From a bacterium HR21 (GTDB lineage Bacteria > Bacteroidota > Ignavibacteria > Kapaibacteriales > HRBIN21): a DNA stretch of 64,000 nucleotides. Of this stretch, positions 28,234 to 38,806 are shown one piece after another; positions within the stretch are counted from its first letter, which is position 1, and every line of letters starts with the position of its first letter. The position numbers were made by a program, and so were the translations under genes. The DNA is taken from positions 11,642 through 75,641 of the forward strand of contig BEHX01000005.1 of assembly GCA_002898295.1 (NCBI GenBank), read 5' to 3'. The notes beneath the pieces are model-generated. The model was given only the letters and a program-made list of their open reading frames with translations, was not told the origin of the DNA and ran no database searches.

Positions 28234-29793
28234 TCATGAGGTCTCTTCTGAGACATCCATCGGCACCTCTTCCTCTGGACGCATGTGGGGGAAGAGAATC
28301 ACATCGCGAATGGTCGGCTGCTCGGTGAGAATCATCACCAGGCGGTCAATGCCAATCCCCAAGCCCGCCGTCGGCGGCATGCCGACCTCGAGAGCCGCCA
28401 GGAAATCTTCGTCAAGCGGCATCGCTTCCAAATCTCCTTTCTCCCGCCACCGGGCTTGCTGGAGGAAGCGCTGGCGCTGCTCCAGCGGGTCGGTCAGCTC
28501 GGAGAAGGCATTGGCAATTTCCATCCCGAAGAGGAACAACTCGAAGCGCTCAGCAACGTCCGGGTCGCTGCGATGTCGTTTCGCCAGCGGCGAGAGACTG
28601 AGGGGATAGTCCAGCACGAAGGTGGGCTCAATGAGCCGAGGTTGGACGAAGGTGGTGAAGAGCTCATCGAGCAGCTTGGGTTCTGACGCCGTTGGGGGCA
28701 ACTCCAGCCCAAGCTGACGGCTTACCTGAGAGAGCTCCTCTGCCGTACGCCCTCGGAGTTCCAATCCAGTTGCTTCCCGCACAGCGTCATACCAGCGCAC
28801 CCGGCGGAAAGGACGTCGCAGCTCAACGCGATGCTCCCCCCGCCGCAGCTCCACTGTCCCGTTCACCTCCTGGGCAACGTAGACGAGCAACTCCTCGACC
28901 AGCTCCATCATCCAGACGTAATCCCGGTAGGCAACGTAGAGCTCCAGCGCGGTGAACTCCGGATTGTGGAGCCGATCCATCCCTTCGTTCCGGAAGTTCT
29001 TGCCGATTTCGTAAACCCCTTCGAATCCGCCCACGATCAGCCGCTTGAGGTAGAGCTCCGTCGCAATGCGAAGATAGAAATGCCGGTCCAGCGCGTTGTA
29101 GTAGGTTGTAAACGGGCGTGCATGTGCTCCACCGTAGAGTGGCTGCAGAATTGGGGTTTCCACCTCCAACCAGCCACGGGCATCGAAGAAGGCACGCAGA
29201 GCCCGCAGCAGACGCGCTCGCTTGCGGAAAACGTCGCGCACCTCAGGGTTGACAATCAGGTCAACATACCGCCGCCGATACCGCTGCTCTTTGTCTGTGA
29301 AGGCATCATGCCGGATTCGCCGTCCTTGCTCATCGATCTCCTCCTTCGGAACCGGGATAGGACGCAGAGCCTTGCAGAGCAGCTGGTAGGAAAGGACATG
29401 GAGCGTGAGCTCGCCAGTTCGGGTGTAGAAGAGGAAGCCCCGGGCACCGATGATATCGCCGATATCGAGCAAACGCAGCAACTCGTAGCGTTCCCCGAGA
29501 GTATCGGCACGGAAGTAGAGCTGCAGCCGCCCACTTTCATCTTGGACGTCAGCGAAGGTTGCCTTTCCCATGCGGCGGAAGACCATGATGCGCCCGGCCA
29601 GCGACACATCCGCAAAGGTCTCCACCGAGGCTTCGGCAACTCCTCGGCGAAGTTGCTCGATGGTGTGCGTCCGCTCGTAGCTATAAGGGTATGGCTCGAC
29701 GCCTGCCTGCCGGAGGAGCTCCAATTCCTCCCGTCGCCGGCGTTCCTGATCGGTAAGGGACGCCTTCATGGTGCCATCCCCTGCATATGCCAA
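28234..29793 (-). CDS. lysS: lysine--tRNA ligase (class II)
   Basis: 519 aa; class II motifs (FRNEGMDRLHNPEFTALELY, GLGIGIDRLVMIL) and an N-terminal OB anticodon-binding region. Confidence 0.95.
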   Translation of the reverse strand: MAYAGDGTMKASLTDQERRRREELELLRQAGVEPYPYSYERTHTIEQLRRGVAEASVETFADVSLAGRIMVFRRMGKATFADVQDESGRLQLYFRADTLGERYELLRLLDIGDIIGARGFLFYTRTGELTLHVLSYQLLCKALRPIPVPKEEIDEQGRRIRHDAFTDKEQRYRRRYVDLIVNPEVRDVFRKRARLLRALRAFFDARGWLEVETPILQPLYGGAHARPFTTYYNALDRHFYLRIATELYLKRLIVGGFEGVYEIGKNFRNEGMDRLHNPEFTALELYVAYRDYVWMMELVEELLVYVAQEVNGTVELRRGEHRVELRRPFRRVRWYDAVREATGLELRGRTAEELSQVSRQLGLELPPTASEPKLLDELFTTFVQPRLIEPTFVLDYPLSLSPLAKRHRSDPDVAERFELFLFGMEIANAFSELTDPLEQRQRFLQQARWREKGDLEAMPLDEDFLAALEVGMPPTAGLGIGIDRLVMILTEQPTIRDVILFPHMRPEEEVPMDVSEETS

Positions 29794-30968
29794 CCTCTGA
29801 CGGCACGGATATCTCGGAGCGCTGCCACCAGCTGTTCCAGCTCCGCCGCGGTATTGTACCAGTGCGGCGAGAAGCGAACGTATTCCAGCCGGGCAGAGCA
29901 GTAGATCCGGCGCTGCGCTAGCTCTTTGACCAGGGCTGCCGCTCTTTCCGGACTGCCCACGCGGAGCGTCACAATACCGGCACGCCGTTCCGCCTGGGCA
30001 GGGGTCAAGAGAGGGAGCTCCGGGAACTCCGCCCGGAGACGTTCCCAGAGATAGGTACTCAGCGCCCGGAGACGCTGCTCAGCACGGTCAGGACCATAGG
30101 TGTGGAGCAGCTCCAGAGCGGCACAGAGTCCAACAATAGCACCGACGTCTAGCGAGCCGCCCTCGAAGCGGCGCGCTGTGGCTGCCAGCGGCTGCTCGAA
30201 AGCGAAGAAGTCCCAGGGATTCTCCGCTGCGAGCCATCCCAGAATACCTGGAGTGAGGCGCTCGACAAGCTCCGGAGCAAGGTAGAGGAACCCCGAGCCG
30301 TGCGGTGCCATCAGCCACTTGGCCCCCCCACACGCCAGCGCTGCAATCTGCGCCCGCCGAACATCGAGCCGAACCGCCCCCACAGCCTGCATGCCATCTA
30401 CCACGAGGAGCACACCCCGCTGCCGGCATAGCTGTCCGAGCTCTTCGAGGTCCACCCGGTAGCCGGAGAGAAACTGCACAGCGCTGACAACAACGACCCG
30501 GACACTCGCATCGAGCGCCTCAGCAACGCGTTCTGCTGTGAGCCCGCCATCCGGCATAGGGAGCAACCGGAGGCGAACCCCAAAGCGCTGCAACGCCCGC
30601 CAGGGATACACCGCCGCCGGGAACTCCCACTCCCCGACTAGGACACTCTCCCCTGAGGACCAGGGAAGAGCAAGTGCCACAGCAGCTAGCCCCGTTGTGG
30701 TATTCGGCATCAGCGCAATCGTTGCCTCCGAGGGAGCGCCGATGAGGTCGGCAATAAGCTTCCGGGCTCGCGCTGCACGTTCCCACTCCCACTCGAGCCC
30801 AGGCTTCCCGTAATGGCGCCGCCGCACGTATCGTTCAACTGCTTCCACCACCGGCACGGGAAGGGGGCTGACCGCCGCATGGTCCACATACACCACACCG
30901 TCCCGGCAGTGCGGGAAAAGCTCCCGGTATGGCTGCGTTTCTGCCTCTGCGGGGATCCTCTCGACCAT
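29766..30968 (-). CDS. class V aminotransferase-fold PLP-dependent enzyme (cysteine desulfurase/epimerase-like)
   Basis: Start MVERIPAEAE abuts the stop of the upstream M1 peptidase gene; ...LACGGAKWLMAPHGSGFLY... is the PLP-Lys region. Substrate unknown. Confidence 0.75.
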   Translation of the reverse strand: MVERIPAEAETQPYRELFPHCRDGVVYVDHAAVSPLPVPVVEAVERYVRRRHYGKPGLEWEWERAARARKLIADLIGAPSEATIALMPNTTTGLAAVALALPWSSGESVLVGEWEFPAAVYPWRALQRFGVRLRLLPMPDGGLTAERVAEALDASVRVVVVSAVQFLSGYRVDLEELGQLCRQRGVLLVVDGMQAVGAVRLDVRRAQIAALACGGAKWLMAPHGSGFLYLAPELVERLTPGILGWLAAENPWDFFAFEQPLAATARRFEGGSLDVGAIVGLCAALELLHTYGPDRAEQRLRALSTYLWERLRAEFPELPLLTPAQAERRAGIVTLRVGSPERAAALVKELAQRRIYCSARLEYVRFSPHWYNTAAELEQLVAALRDIRAVRGWHMQGMAP

Positions 30969-30969
30969 G

Positions 30970-33105
30970 CTACGGAGACCACTGGAACACAACACTGGCA
31001 GCCGGCTGTGTATCCATCCAGAGCCGTACCGCATAGACTCCAGCTGCAGAAGATTCCATCCGGAGCGGGAAGTGGTATACCCCCGCCGAGAGAAAGCCTT
31101 GGTAAAGCACTCTCGAAGCTCCGGTAAGCGTAACCACTTCCAGCTTCACAGATCCCGCCTCCGACAGCTGGAATTCCAGCACACCTTCCCCCTGGACCGG
31201 TTGCGGCACTACTCGCAGCTGGACCGCGCGAGGCTGCGTTGCTGGTGCAACCGAGACCGGAGCCACGGTGTACTCGCAGAGCACATCTTCCGCATTGAGC
31301 TGCACAGAGGAGGGGAAAAACGGGAGCTCCACCTCCACCAGTTGCTCGCGCGCGGTACTGACAAACCGGTGCTCGGCATAGCTGCCATCGCTGCCGCGGA
31401 ATTTCAGCACCCAGGGCATCACGAACACCGCCGGGACAGCACTTCCAGACTGTGTCTGCCGCACCAGGCAGCGGACCCAGTAGCGCCCATTCGGCAGCGG
31501 CGACACCGACGGGAGAATTTCCAGCACCGGATGCCCGGCAGCATAGACCCACTGATCGAAGAAGGTACGCCACGGCACCGGTGGATTGGGGATATCCGCT
31601 TGCAGCGACGCCAGGAGATCTTCTGTTTCTGCCGAGCCAAAGCGGTGACGTGCCAGATATGCCCGCAGAGCAGGGAAAAAGAGGCTATCACCCACCATAC
31701 GACGCATCATGTGATAGACCCATGCCGCCTTGGCGTACGTGGTAGCATAGAAGAAGATGAGCGAGCGCGGCGGCGCATAGAGCGGGAGTTGCATGACTGT
31801 GGGGCGCTGCTCAAGGTAGTCAGTGCGTGCACGTTCCATCCGCTGCTGGTAGGCTTCTGCCCCGAAGAGCCATTCCAGCCACAGTGCCTCTGACCAGGTT
31901 GCGCCACCCTCGTTGAGCCAGATGTCGTTCCAGGTCGCACAGCTGACCAAATTGCCCAGCCACTGGTGTGCCAGCTCATGGGCAATGCCCAGCTCTGCCA
32001 TCCCTCGCAGCCAGGAGCGATTGACGGTGGTCATCGTCTGATGTTCCATCCCACCGTAGGCAAAGGGCTGTACTGCTGCCATGCCGTACTTGACGAAGGG
32101 ATAGCGCCCGAAGAAGCTCTCGTACGCCCGCATCATCTGCGGCACGTTCCGGAAGGCATACCGCGCATTGTAGCGTCGCCCTGTCGTGTCAGAGCTTTCC
32201 ACATCGGAGGACCAAACGTAATAGAGCAGCGGTACCCGGCTGCCATCCGGACGCACGTACTCATCGGCGATGTGGGCATATCGGGAAGCATGCACCACCA
32301 TGAGGTAGGTCGGGATAGGCACCGTATCGGTCCACCGATACACCCATACGGCACGCACACCAGGCACCGTGCTCGGGAGCTGCATCACTGTATCGAGCCA
32401 GCCATTCGAGGCAACCGAGACACTCTCCGGTACTGCAACCGAGAGAGTCGCCAGCGCCTTATCGTGCGGAGCATCGTTACAGGGCATCCAGTAGCGGGCA
32501 TCCTCCGGCTCGCTCATCGTGTACGCAATGCGTTCCTCCACAAAGACCGAATCCCCACCCGGACCGAGCCCGACAAACTGCCCCTTCGGGTAGAGGTACA
32601 ACCCGAGATTTCGCCCGGTGCGGGACGTATAGGCAATCTCTACTACCACGGTATCACCTGCAGCCACGGAGAAAGGAAGCTGCACCGTGATACTGTCCCC
32701 CACAGGCTGAGAGGCTACGACCGGAATCCCATTGACCGCCACGCTGTCAATGCTCATAGCTGCTGCATCGAAGGCGAGCTGCTGAATACCGGCGCTGTCA
32801 ACCCGCAGTGTGATGCGGTTGAGCCCACGGAAGACGCGGTCAGCAGCCCCGACGCCCGTGCGCGCCATGAGCTGCACCCAATCGAGGAAGAGCTCGTAGC
32901 GTAGTACGTTGTACGGACGCCAGCGAATCGCCGAAGGACGGCGTTCGAGCACCGCCGTGGGGGGAACCGAGCACCACTGCAGCGGCTCTCTCGGAGCTTC
33001 CAGGGCAACCGAGCGCGGGAGCCACCACGCGCCGCTCCCGCCCAAGGCAAATGCCGGCAGCACAAGGCAGAATCCTCCCCCGAGCGTCCAGACATAGCTC
33101 CTCAT
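30970..33105 (-). CDS. M1-family zinc aminopeptidase with C-terminal T9SS sorting domain
   Basis: 711 aa with signal peptide; GAMEN-like GGMEHQTM, HELAHQW...(18)...NEGGATWSE (HEXXH-18-E); last ~80 aa ...VYAVRLWMDTQPAASVVFQWSP resembles a T9SS CTD. Confidence 0.8.
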   Translation of the reverse strand: MRSYVWTLGGGFCLVLPAFALGGSGAWWLPRSVALEAPREPLQWCSVPPTAVLERRPSAIRWRPYNVLRYELFLDWVQLMARTGVGAADRVFRGLNRITLRVDSAGIQQLAFDAAAMSIDSVAVNGIPVVASQPVGDSITVQLPFSVAAGDTVVVEIAYTSRTGRNLGLYLYPKGQFVGLGPGGDSVFVEERIAYTMSEPEDARYWMPCNDAPHDKALATLSVAVPESVSVASNGWLDTVMQLPSTVPGVRAVWVYRWTDTVPIPTYLMVVHASRYAHIADEYVRPDGSRVPLLYYVWSSDVESSDTTGRRYNARYAFRNVPQMMRAYESFFGRYPFVKYGMAAVQPFAYGGMEHQTMTTVNRSWLRGMAELGIAHELAHQWLGNLVSCATWNDIWLNEGGATWSEALWLEWLFGAEAYQQRMERARTDYLEQRPTVMQLPLYAPPRSLIFFYATTYAKAAWVYHMMRRMVGDSLFFPALRAYLARHRFGSAETEDLLASLQADIPNPPVPWRTFFDQWVYAAGHPVLEILPSVSPLPNGRYWVRCLVRQTQSGSAVPAVFVMPWVLKFRGSDGSYAEHRFVSTAREQLVEVELPFFPSSVQLNAEDVLCEYTVAPVSVAPATQPRAVQLRVVPQPVQGEGVLEFQLSEAGSVKLEVVTLTGASRVLYQGFLSAGVYHFPLRMESSAAGVYAVRLWMDTQPAASVVFQWSP

Positions 33106-34631
33106 TGCTGCGCCGTATCAGAGACTGACATGTGCTCCCTCATCCACTGGGCAATCGTACGCAGAGCTTCCCGATCGCTGAAAGGAACAACACGGTCACC
33201 GAGCACTTGGTACTCCTCATGTCCCTTCCCCGCTACCAGGAGAATGTCCCCTGCCGCGCTCATCTGCGCTGCTGTCCAGAGAGCCTCCGAGCGCTCCGGG
33301 ATTACCAAAACCCGAGCTGCGGCTTCCGGAGGAATCCCCGAACGGATGTCCTCCAGGATGCGCTCTGGCGGCTCATGACGGGGGTTGTCGTTGGTCAGCA
33401 CCACGATATCTGCCCACTGGGCAGCAATGGCACCCATCGGCGGGCGCTTCGCGCGGTCACGCTCGCCCCCGCAGCCGAAGACGCAGATAAGGCGCCCTCC
33501 TGCCGAGAGAAGGCACCGTGCCGCCTGCAGCACTCGCTGCAAGGCATCGGGCGTATGGGCATAGTCAACAAGAGCCAGTGCTCCGTTAGGTAAGGCGATT
33601 GGCTCCATCCGCCCCGGCGGTGGCTCTGCCTCCGCAATGGCTTCTTGCAGAAGCCGGAGTTCCACACCCCAGGACCATCCAAGCGCAACAGCAAGCGCTG
33701 CATTGAAGGCGTTGTACTCGCCCAGCAGTCGGCTCTGGAAAGGTATCCACTCGGCACAGTTCGGCAGACACATTTCCCAGCGAATCCCCGTCCGGCTCGC
33801 CTGGAGATGTCGGAGCGGAATATCTGCCTCGGTCCCGATTCCGACCCGATACCGCATGCGGCAGCGGGCAGCCGCGAGCATGAATGTTCCCCAGCCATCA
33901 CCACTGTCGCAGGCAAAAGCTACGGCATCCGGGGGCAGAAGCTCGAAGAGGTGCCGCTTCGCCTGTGCATACGCTTCCAGTGTCCCGTGGTAGTCCAGAT
34001 GGTCGTGCGAGAGATTGGTGAACAGCCCTGCTGCGAAGTGGATAGCCTCAACCCGGCGCTGGTCGAGCGCATGGGAGCTCACTTCCACAACGACAGCGTG
34101 GCTGCCCCGTTCGCGCATCCAGGCAAGCAGCGAGCAGAACTCGATCGGGGTTGGCGTTGTGTGCCGAAGCGCCCGACGCTCATCTCCACAGTACGCCCCC
34201 GTGGTGCCAATGACCCCCGTTGGAATGCCCGCCTTCTCCAGAACACGGCGCACGAAGAAGGTGGTGGTTGTCTTCCCGTTCGTCCCCGTCACCCCGATGA
34301 TCCGGAGTGCTCGGCTGGGTTCCCCGAAGAAGCGATGGGCAACCACAGCCAGAGCCGTTCGAGTATCCGGTGTGCATACCACCGTACACCCATCCGGCAC
34401 CTGTGTTGGAGGCTCTTCACAGAGCACGCCGCGCGCGCCGTTCCGAATAGCCTCTGCAATGAACCGATGTCCATCATGTGCATGCCCTCGGACGGCAACG
34501 AATAACGCCCCGGGACGGCACTGCCGCGAGTCGTCGCAGAGTGCGTCAATCCCTATCTCCATGCTCCCGCAGAGGCACTCGTACGGCAGCCCCTGCAGGA
34601 GGAGAGCCAGCGGAACGGGAACGCTCACCAC
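33102..34631 (-). CDS. murE: UDP-N-acetylmuramoyl-L-alanyl-D-glutamate--2,6-diaminopimelate ligase
   Basis: 509 aa; Mur ligase motifs (GVTGTNGKTTT, ...DNPRHE..., DYAHTPDAL). Confidence 0.85.
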   Translation of the reverse strand: MVSVPVPLALLLQGLPYECLCGSMEIGIDALCDDSRQCRPGALFVAVRGHAHDGHRFIAEAIRNGARGVLCEEPPTQVPDGCTVVCTPDTRTALAVVAHRFFGEPSRALRIIGVTGTNGKTTTTFFVRRVLEKAGIPTGVIGTTGAYCGDERRALRHTTPTPIEFCSLLAWMRERGSHAVVVEVSSHALDQRRVEAIHFAAGLFTNLSHDHLDYHGTLEAYAQAKRHLFELLPPDAVAFACDSGDGWGTFMLAAARCRMRYRVGIGTEADIPLRHLQASRTGIRWEMCLPNCAEWIPFQSRLLGEYNAFNAALAVALGWSWGVELRLLQEAIAEAEPPPGRMEPIALPNGALALVDYAHTPDALQRVLQAARCLLSAGGRLICVFGCGGERDRAKRPPMGAIAAQWADIVVLTNDNPRHEPPERILEDIRSGIPPEAAARVLVIPERSEALWTAAQMSAAGDILLVAGKGHEEYQVLGDRVVPFSDREALRTIAQWMREHMSVSDTAQQ

Positions 34632-35170
34632 GGTTCCTCCTCTTCAGGCTTCTCCGGCGGTTGAGGCAGAACAACAGCTTCGGGCAACCCGAGGAGCTCG
34701 CCGATGCGCCGGAGCAGTTGCCGCTCCAGAATGCCGTTCGATGCCCAGAAGTGCACCCGGTTGGTAATATACCCCTCCATCCCGCTTAGCTCGGCGCTCA
34801 GGCGCAGCTCTACACCGCTGGTGTCGAGTTCACGCAGGCGCACCGTATACTGCACGCGCCCATTCATCCAGCGGGCACCGCGAATGCGCGGCAACTGCAC
34901 GCTATAGCGTTCCATGACCGCCCGGGTGGAATCTTCTCCCTGGACCAGGACACAGTACTCCGACCGGAGAATACCCGAGAGAGTACCCGCGGTATCCTCC
35001 AGGTAGCGCTCGTACTCCAGCTGGCATCCTCGCTCGGTGATTGCGTGCTTAACAGCACGCCACACCTCGGGAAAGCGTTTCGGGAGGGTCAGACGAAATT
35101 CCTCTTGCGCGACCGCCACACTTAGACACAGACTCACACCCAGAAGCCATCGGAGCATGACTGCGCCCAT
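34625..35170 (-). CDS. hypothetical secreted/lipoprotein
   Basis: 181 aa; signal peptide MLRWLLGVSLCLSVAVAQ; Glu/Pro-rich C-terminal tail; no recognised motifs. Confidence 0.5.
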   Translation of the reverse strand: MGAVMLRWLLGVSLCLSVAVAQEEFRLTLPKRFPEVWRAVKHAITERGCQLEYERYLEDTAGTLSGILRSEYCVLVQGEDSTRAVMERYSVQLPRIRGARWMNGRVQYTVRLRELDTSGVELRLSAELSGMEGYITNRVHFWASNGILERQLLRRIGELLGLPEAVVLPQPPEKPEEEEPW

Positions 35171-38100
35171 TACGGACTGACCTGCTCGGGAGGGCGTAGA
35201 CGAACGGCAACAACTTTTGAGACGCCGTCTGGCTGCAGAGTGACACCGTAGAGCGTGTCCACCGCCTCCATCGTGCGCTTGTTGTGGGTGATGAGCAGGA
35301 ACTGCGTCGTATCGGCAAATCCACGCAGCAGGCGCAGGAAGCGGTCAATGTTGGCATCGTCGAGCGGCGCGTCAATCTCGTCCAGAACGCAGAAGGGGCT
35401 CGGCTTGACCAGGTAGAGAGCGAACAGGAAGGCAATCGCCACCAGGGTTTTCTCACCCCCGGAGAGCTGTTCGAGCAGCTGTGGGCGCTTGCCCCGAGGC
35501 TTTGCCACGATGTCCACCGATGCCTCCAGGGGGTCTTCTCCACTCAGGCGAAGATCGGCTTCATCGCCCTCATCGAAGAGGAGCCGGAAGAGGCGCTGGA
35601 AGTTGCGGCGCACCCGCTCGAAGGTCTCGGTAAAACGCTGGACCGCAACGCGATGGGTCTCCTCAGCGATCTGCTCTAAGGAGAGTGCTGCCTGCTGCAG
35701 ATCCGCATGCTGGGACTCAAGGAAGCGCAAGCGCTCGCAGAGCTGTTCATACTCCTGGAGAGCTCGGAAGTTGACCGGACCGAGAGCCTCCAGTTGCTGA
35801 GTTGCTTGCCGTATTTGCTGCTGGAGACGTGAAAGCGGCGGCAGAGGCTGTGGGAGCTCCACTGCAGCGGGCTCCTCGCCGAAGAGCTCGCGGAAGCGTT
35901 CGCAGAGCTCTTGCCGCTGTGTTCGAAGTTGCTCGCAGCGCAGCTCAGCGGCATGGAGGCGGTCAAACGCCTCGTCACGCTGCTGCTGGAGAGATTGCAG
36001 CTGTGCGGCAATGTCCGTATAACGCTGCCGGTGCTGCTGAAGACGCTGCCGATACTGCTCCTGCTGCTGCCGGAGCTCCTGGAGCTTGGCTTCCCACGCC
36101 TGGCGCTGCTCGGTGGTCGTATCCAACTCACGCTGGAGGCGGTTCAGGAGAGCTTCCGCTTCCGTGCGTTCCTGCTGGAGCTGGGTTTCCCGGTGACGGA
36201 GTTGCTCAAGGCGGCGGTTCAGCTCCTGGAGCGTGCGCTCGAGCTGAGAGCGTTCATGGTGTGCCGCAAGGGCGTGGCGTTCCGTCTGGTGCCATTCCTC
36301 CGAGACCTCCTCCAACGCGGTGCGGAGCCGCTCTTCCTCGGCAAGTTCAGCAGCAAGGCGCTCCTCGGCAGCACGCAACGCTTCTTCTGCCTGCTGGAGC
36401 TCCTGTGTGAGGTGCCCAATGCGCTCGACAAGCTGCGCCTGCTCTGCTTGGAGCTGCTGGAGCTGCTGCTGGAGTTCGCTCCAGACCTGCTCAAGCCGCT
36501 CCATCTGCTGCTGCAGCTGCCCGAGCTGTGCCTGGAGACGATGCAGATGACGTTCCGCCTCGGCATACGCCTGGCGGGCTGGTTCGGGATCGACCTGCTG
36601 CATCTGCTGGCGAAGCTCTGCTTGCTGTAGCTCAATGCTCTCCAGCTCACTATGCAACTGCTCAAGTCGCCGCTGTAGCTCCTGCTGTTCGTGGCGGCGT
36701 CCGATCCACGGGGTCACTGCGCGCTGCCAGCGGAATAGCCCACTGCGGTGGAGGAAGAGCCCGTCACAGGTCACCACCGCATCGGCAAGCCCATGCTCCA
36801 GGAAGGGCATACCCACCGCAAGGGAATCTACCACGAGCACCCGCCCGAGCAAGGCATAGAGCGCTGCCGCCAGAGGGGATGGGAGCACGACCAGCTCCCA
36901 AAGCCATCCATGGACACCGGGCTGTTTCTCCAGCGGCGGGAGTCTCCCCGGCTCAGCCTCTGAAGGAAAGAGCACCGCGCCGCTCGGCACCGAGTCCGGG
37001 AGGCGGTGCAGGAGGCTATCTCCAACGTGCTCCACACGGTCTGCCAGCGGGAGCTCTCCGAGTCCAGCAACTGTTGCCGCAAAGGCTCGCCGGAAAGGCT
37101 CCGGCACGAGAGCATGCTCTGCCAGGAGCGAAAACTCCAGTTCAGGAAAGGCTGTCCGGAGAGCCGGTAACAGCTCGTGTTCGCTGGCAAGGCTTTCCAG
37201 CCATTCACGACGGGCAGAGAGGGTGAGGATCTCCCGGCGCAGCTGCTCACCATGCTGGTGAAGCTTTCCGAGACGCTCGCCGAGCTCCGCGGCACGCTCT
37301 TGACACTGGTGCAGCTGTTGCTGCCGAACCCTGCTCTGCTGTTCCCAATGCTGGAGTTCCGCCTCCGTCCGGTGGAGAGCTCCGCGGAGTTCTTCCTGCC
37401 GCTGCCGGAGACGCTCCCTTTCCTGGTGGCTCTGCTGAATGTGCCGGAGCACGAGCTCCCGCCGTGCCTGCAGGCGTTCGAGCTCCAGGCGGCAATGGAA
37501 CACCCGCTGGCGTTGCATCTCGATATGCTGTCGCTGGGGCTGTAGCAAACGCTGGCAGCGTTGCAATGCCTGGCGCAGTTCTTCTTGGCGATGCTGGATC
37601 TGGTTGAGGCGTTCGCGCCAGTGCTGTTCCTGCTGATGGACTTCATCGAAGCGGCAGCGCACCTCTTCCCGTTGCTGGGTGAGTTTCAGGAGCTCTTGCC
37701 GAATTCGTTCCTGTTCCCGGACAAGCCGGGTTGCGGATTCCTGAGCTATCCGCTGGCGTTCGCGCACGGTCTCGCAGCGGACCTGCAGGGGGTGCAGTTC
37801 CTCGGTGAGCTGGCGCAGGTGGGCGTCGAGCTGGCTGAGAGCGTGTTCCACAGCAGCGGAGGCTTCCTCCTCAGCACGGAGTGCTGCGCGGAGTTCTTCG
37901 GCGCGCTGTTCGACTTGCTGGAGCTGGTGCCGATGGTGCTGTGCTCTCTGCTCGCTTTCCTGCAGCTGTTCACCGAGGCGGTGCCAGTGGCAAGCCAGGA
38001 GGAGGCGTTCGGCATGCCGCCGCTGCATATCCCACTGCTGCCACTGCCGGGCTTGCTCTGCCTGCTGACCGAGCGCGGCAGCCTGCTGCCGAAGTTCTGC

Positions 38101-38685
38101 CAGCAGGGTTTCAATCCGTTCGAGGTCGTGCCGGACACTTTCCAGCTTACGCTGCGCTTCACGCCGGCGCAGTTTGTACTTGCCTATTCCTGCCGCTTCT
38201 TCCAGGAGGCGGCGCCGCTCTTCCGGGCGCCCATTGAGGAGCTCCTCGACCATCCGTAGCTCGATCACCGAGTAGCTGTGCGCAGCAAAGCCGGAATCCA
38301 GGAAGAGCTCCTGGATGTCTCGCAGCCGGCATGGTGTTCCATTGAGCCGGTACTCGCTCTCCCCGTTGCGGTACACGCGGCGTGTCACAACCACGTGCGT
38401 GAACTCTACCGGCAGCACCCCAGAGGTGTTCTCCACCGTCAGCGTCACTTCCGCCATCCCCGAGGGCTTGAGTGCCCGGCTCCCATTGAAGATGAGCTGT
38501 TCGAGCGTCTCGCAGCGCAGCACCGACAAGCGCTGCTCTCCGAGCACCCACCGAAGAGCGTCCACAATGTTGCTCTTGCCGCATCCGTTCGGTCCGACAA
38601 TCGCCGTCAGCCCTTCGGGGAAGATCAAGACCGTCCGCTGTGCAAAGGATTTGAACCCGAGCAATTCCAGCCGGGAGACGAACAT
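35170..38685 (-). CDS. smc: chromosome segregation protein SMC
   Basis: Start MFVSRLELLGFKSF...IVGPNGCGKSNIVDA (Walker A); ~1000 aa of Q/E/R/L-rich coiled coil; C-terminal LSGGEKTLVAIAFLFAL...VLDEIDAPLD. The 75-codon upstream extension in the track ORF is rejected. Confidence 0.9.
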   Translation of the reverse strand: MFVSRLELLGFKSFAQRTVLIFPEGLTAIVGPNGCGKSNIVDALRWVLGEQRLSVLRCETLEQLIFNGSRALKPSGMAEVTLTVENTSGVLPVEFTHVVVTRRVYRNGESEYRLNGTPCRLRDIQELFLDSGFAAHSYSVIELRMVEELLNGRPEERRRLLEEAAGIGKYKLRRREAQRKLESVRHDLERIETLLAELRQQAAALGQQAEQARQWQQWDMQRRHAERLLLACHWHRLGEQLQESEQRAQHHRHQLQQVEQRAEELRAALRAEEEASAAVEHALSQLDAHLRQLTEELHPLQVRCETVRERQRIAQESATRLVREQERIRQELLKLTQQREEVRCRFDEVHQQEQHWRERLNQIQHRQEELRQALQRCQRLLQPQRQHIEMQRQRVFHCRLELERLQARRELVLRHIQQSHQERERLRQRQEELRGALHRTEAELQHWEQQSRVRQQQLHQCQERAAELGERLGKLHQHGEQLRREILTLSARREWLESLASEHELLPALRTAFPELEFSLLAEHALVPEPFRRAFAATVAGLGELPLADRVEHVGDSLLHRLPDSVPSGAVLFPSEAEPGRLPPLEKQPGVHGWLWELVVLPSPLAAALYALLGRVLVVDSLAVGMPFLEHGLADAVVTCDGLFLHRSGLFRWQRAVTPWIGRRHEQQELQRRLEQLHSELESIELQQAELRQQMQQVDPEPARQAYAEAERHLHRLQAQLGQLQQQMERLEQVWSELQQQLQQLQAEQAQLVERIGHLTQELQQAEEALRAAEERLAAELAEEERLRTALEEVSEEWHQTERHALAAHHERSQLERTLQELNRRLEQLRHRETQLQQERTEAEALLNRLQRELDTTTEQRQAWEAKLQELRQQQEQYRQRLQQHRQRYTDIAAQLQSLQQQRDEAFDRLHAAELRCEQLRTQRQELCERFRELFGEEPAAVELPQPLPPLSRLQQQIRQATQQLEALGPVNFRALQEYEQLCERLRFLESQHADLQQAALSLEQIAEETHRVAVQRFTETFERVRRNFQRLFRLLFDEGDEADLRLSGEDPLEASVDIVAKPRGKRPQLLEQLSGGEKTLVAIAFLFALYLVKPSPFCVLDEIDAPLDDANIDRFLRLLRGFADTTQFLLITHNKRTMEAVDTLYGVTLQPDGVSKVVAVRLRPPEQVSP

Positions 38686-38806
38686 CGGCGTTGTCCGAAC
38701 TGACTGCGCGACTCCACCCGCCACCAATTGGTGCGGCTTCCCGAAGCGTGGTGCGAAAATAGCGTAATTTTGCCCGTGGTTCGGTCCTGCCGCAGGGAGC
38801 TGAAAG

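Noticed and set aside
35284-38259. Many long sense/antisense ORFs inside the smc gene (e.g. 35911..36630+, 36828..37646-, 37561..38259+)
   Set aside because: Produced by the repetitive GC-rich coiled-coil-coding DNA (CAG/CTG/GAG repeats). Translations are Ser/Arg/Cys/Leu low-complexity, whereas the smc frame gives canonical Walker A, coiled coil and signature motif.
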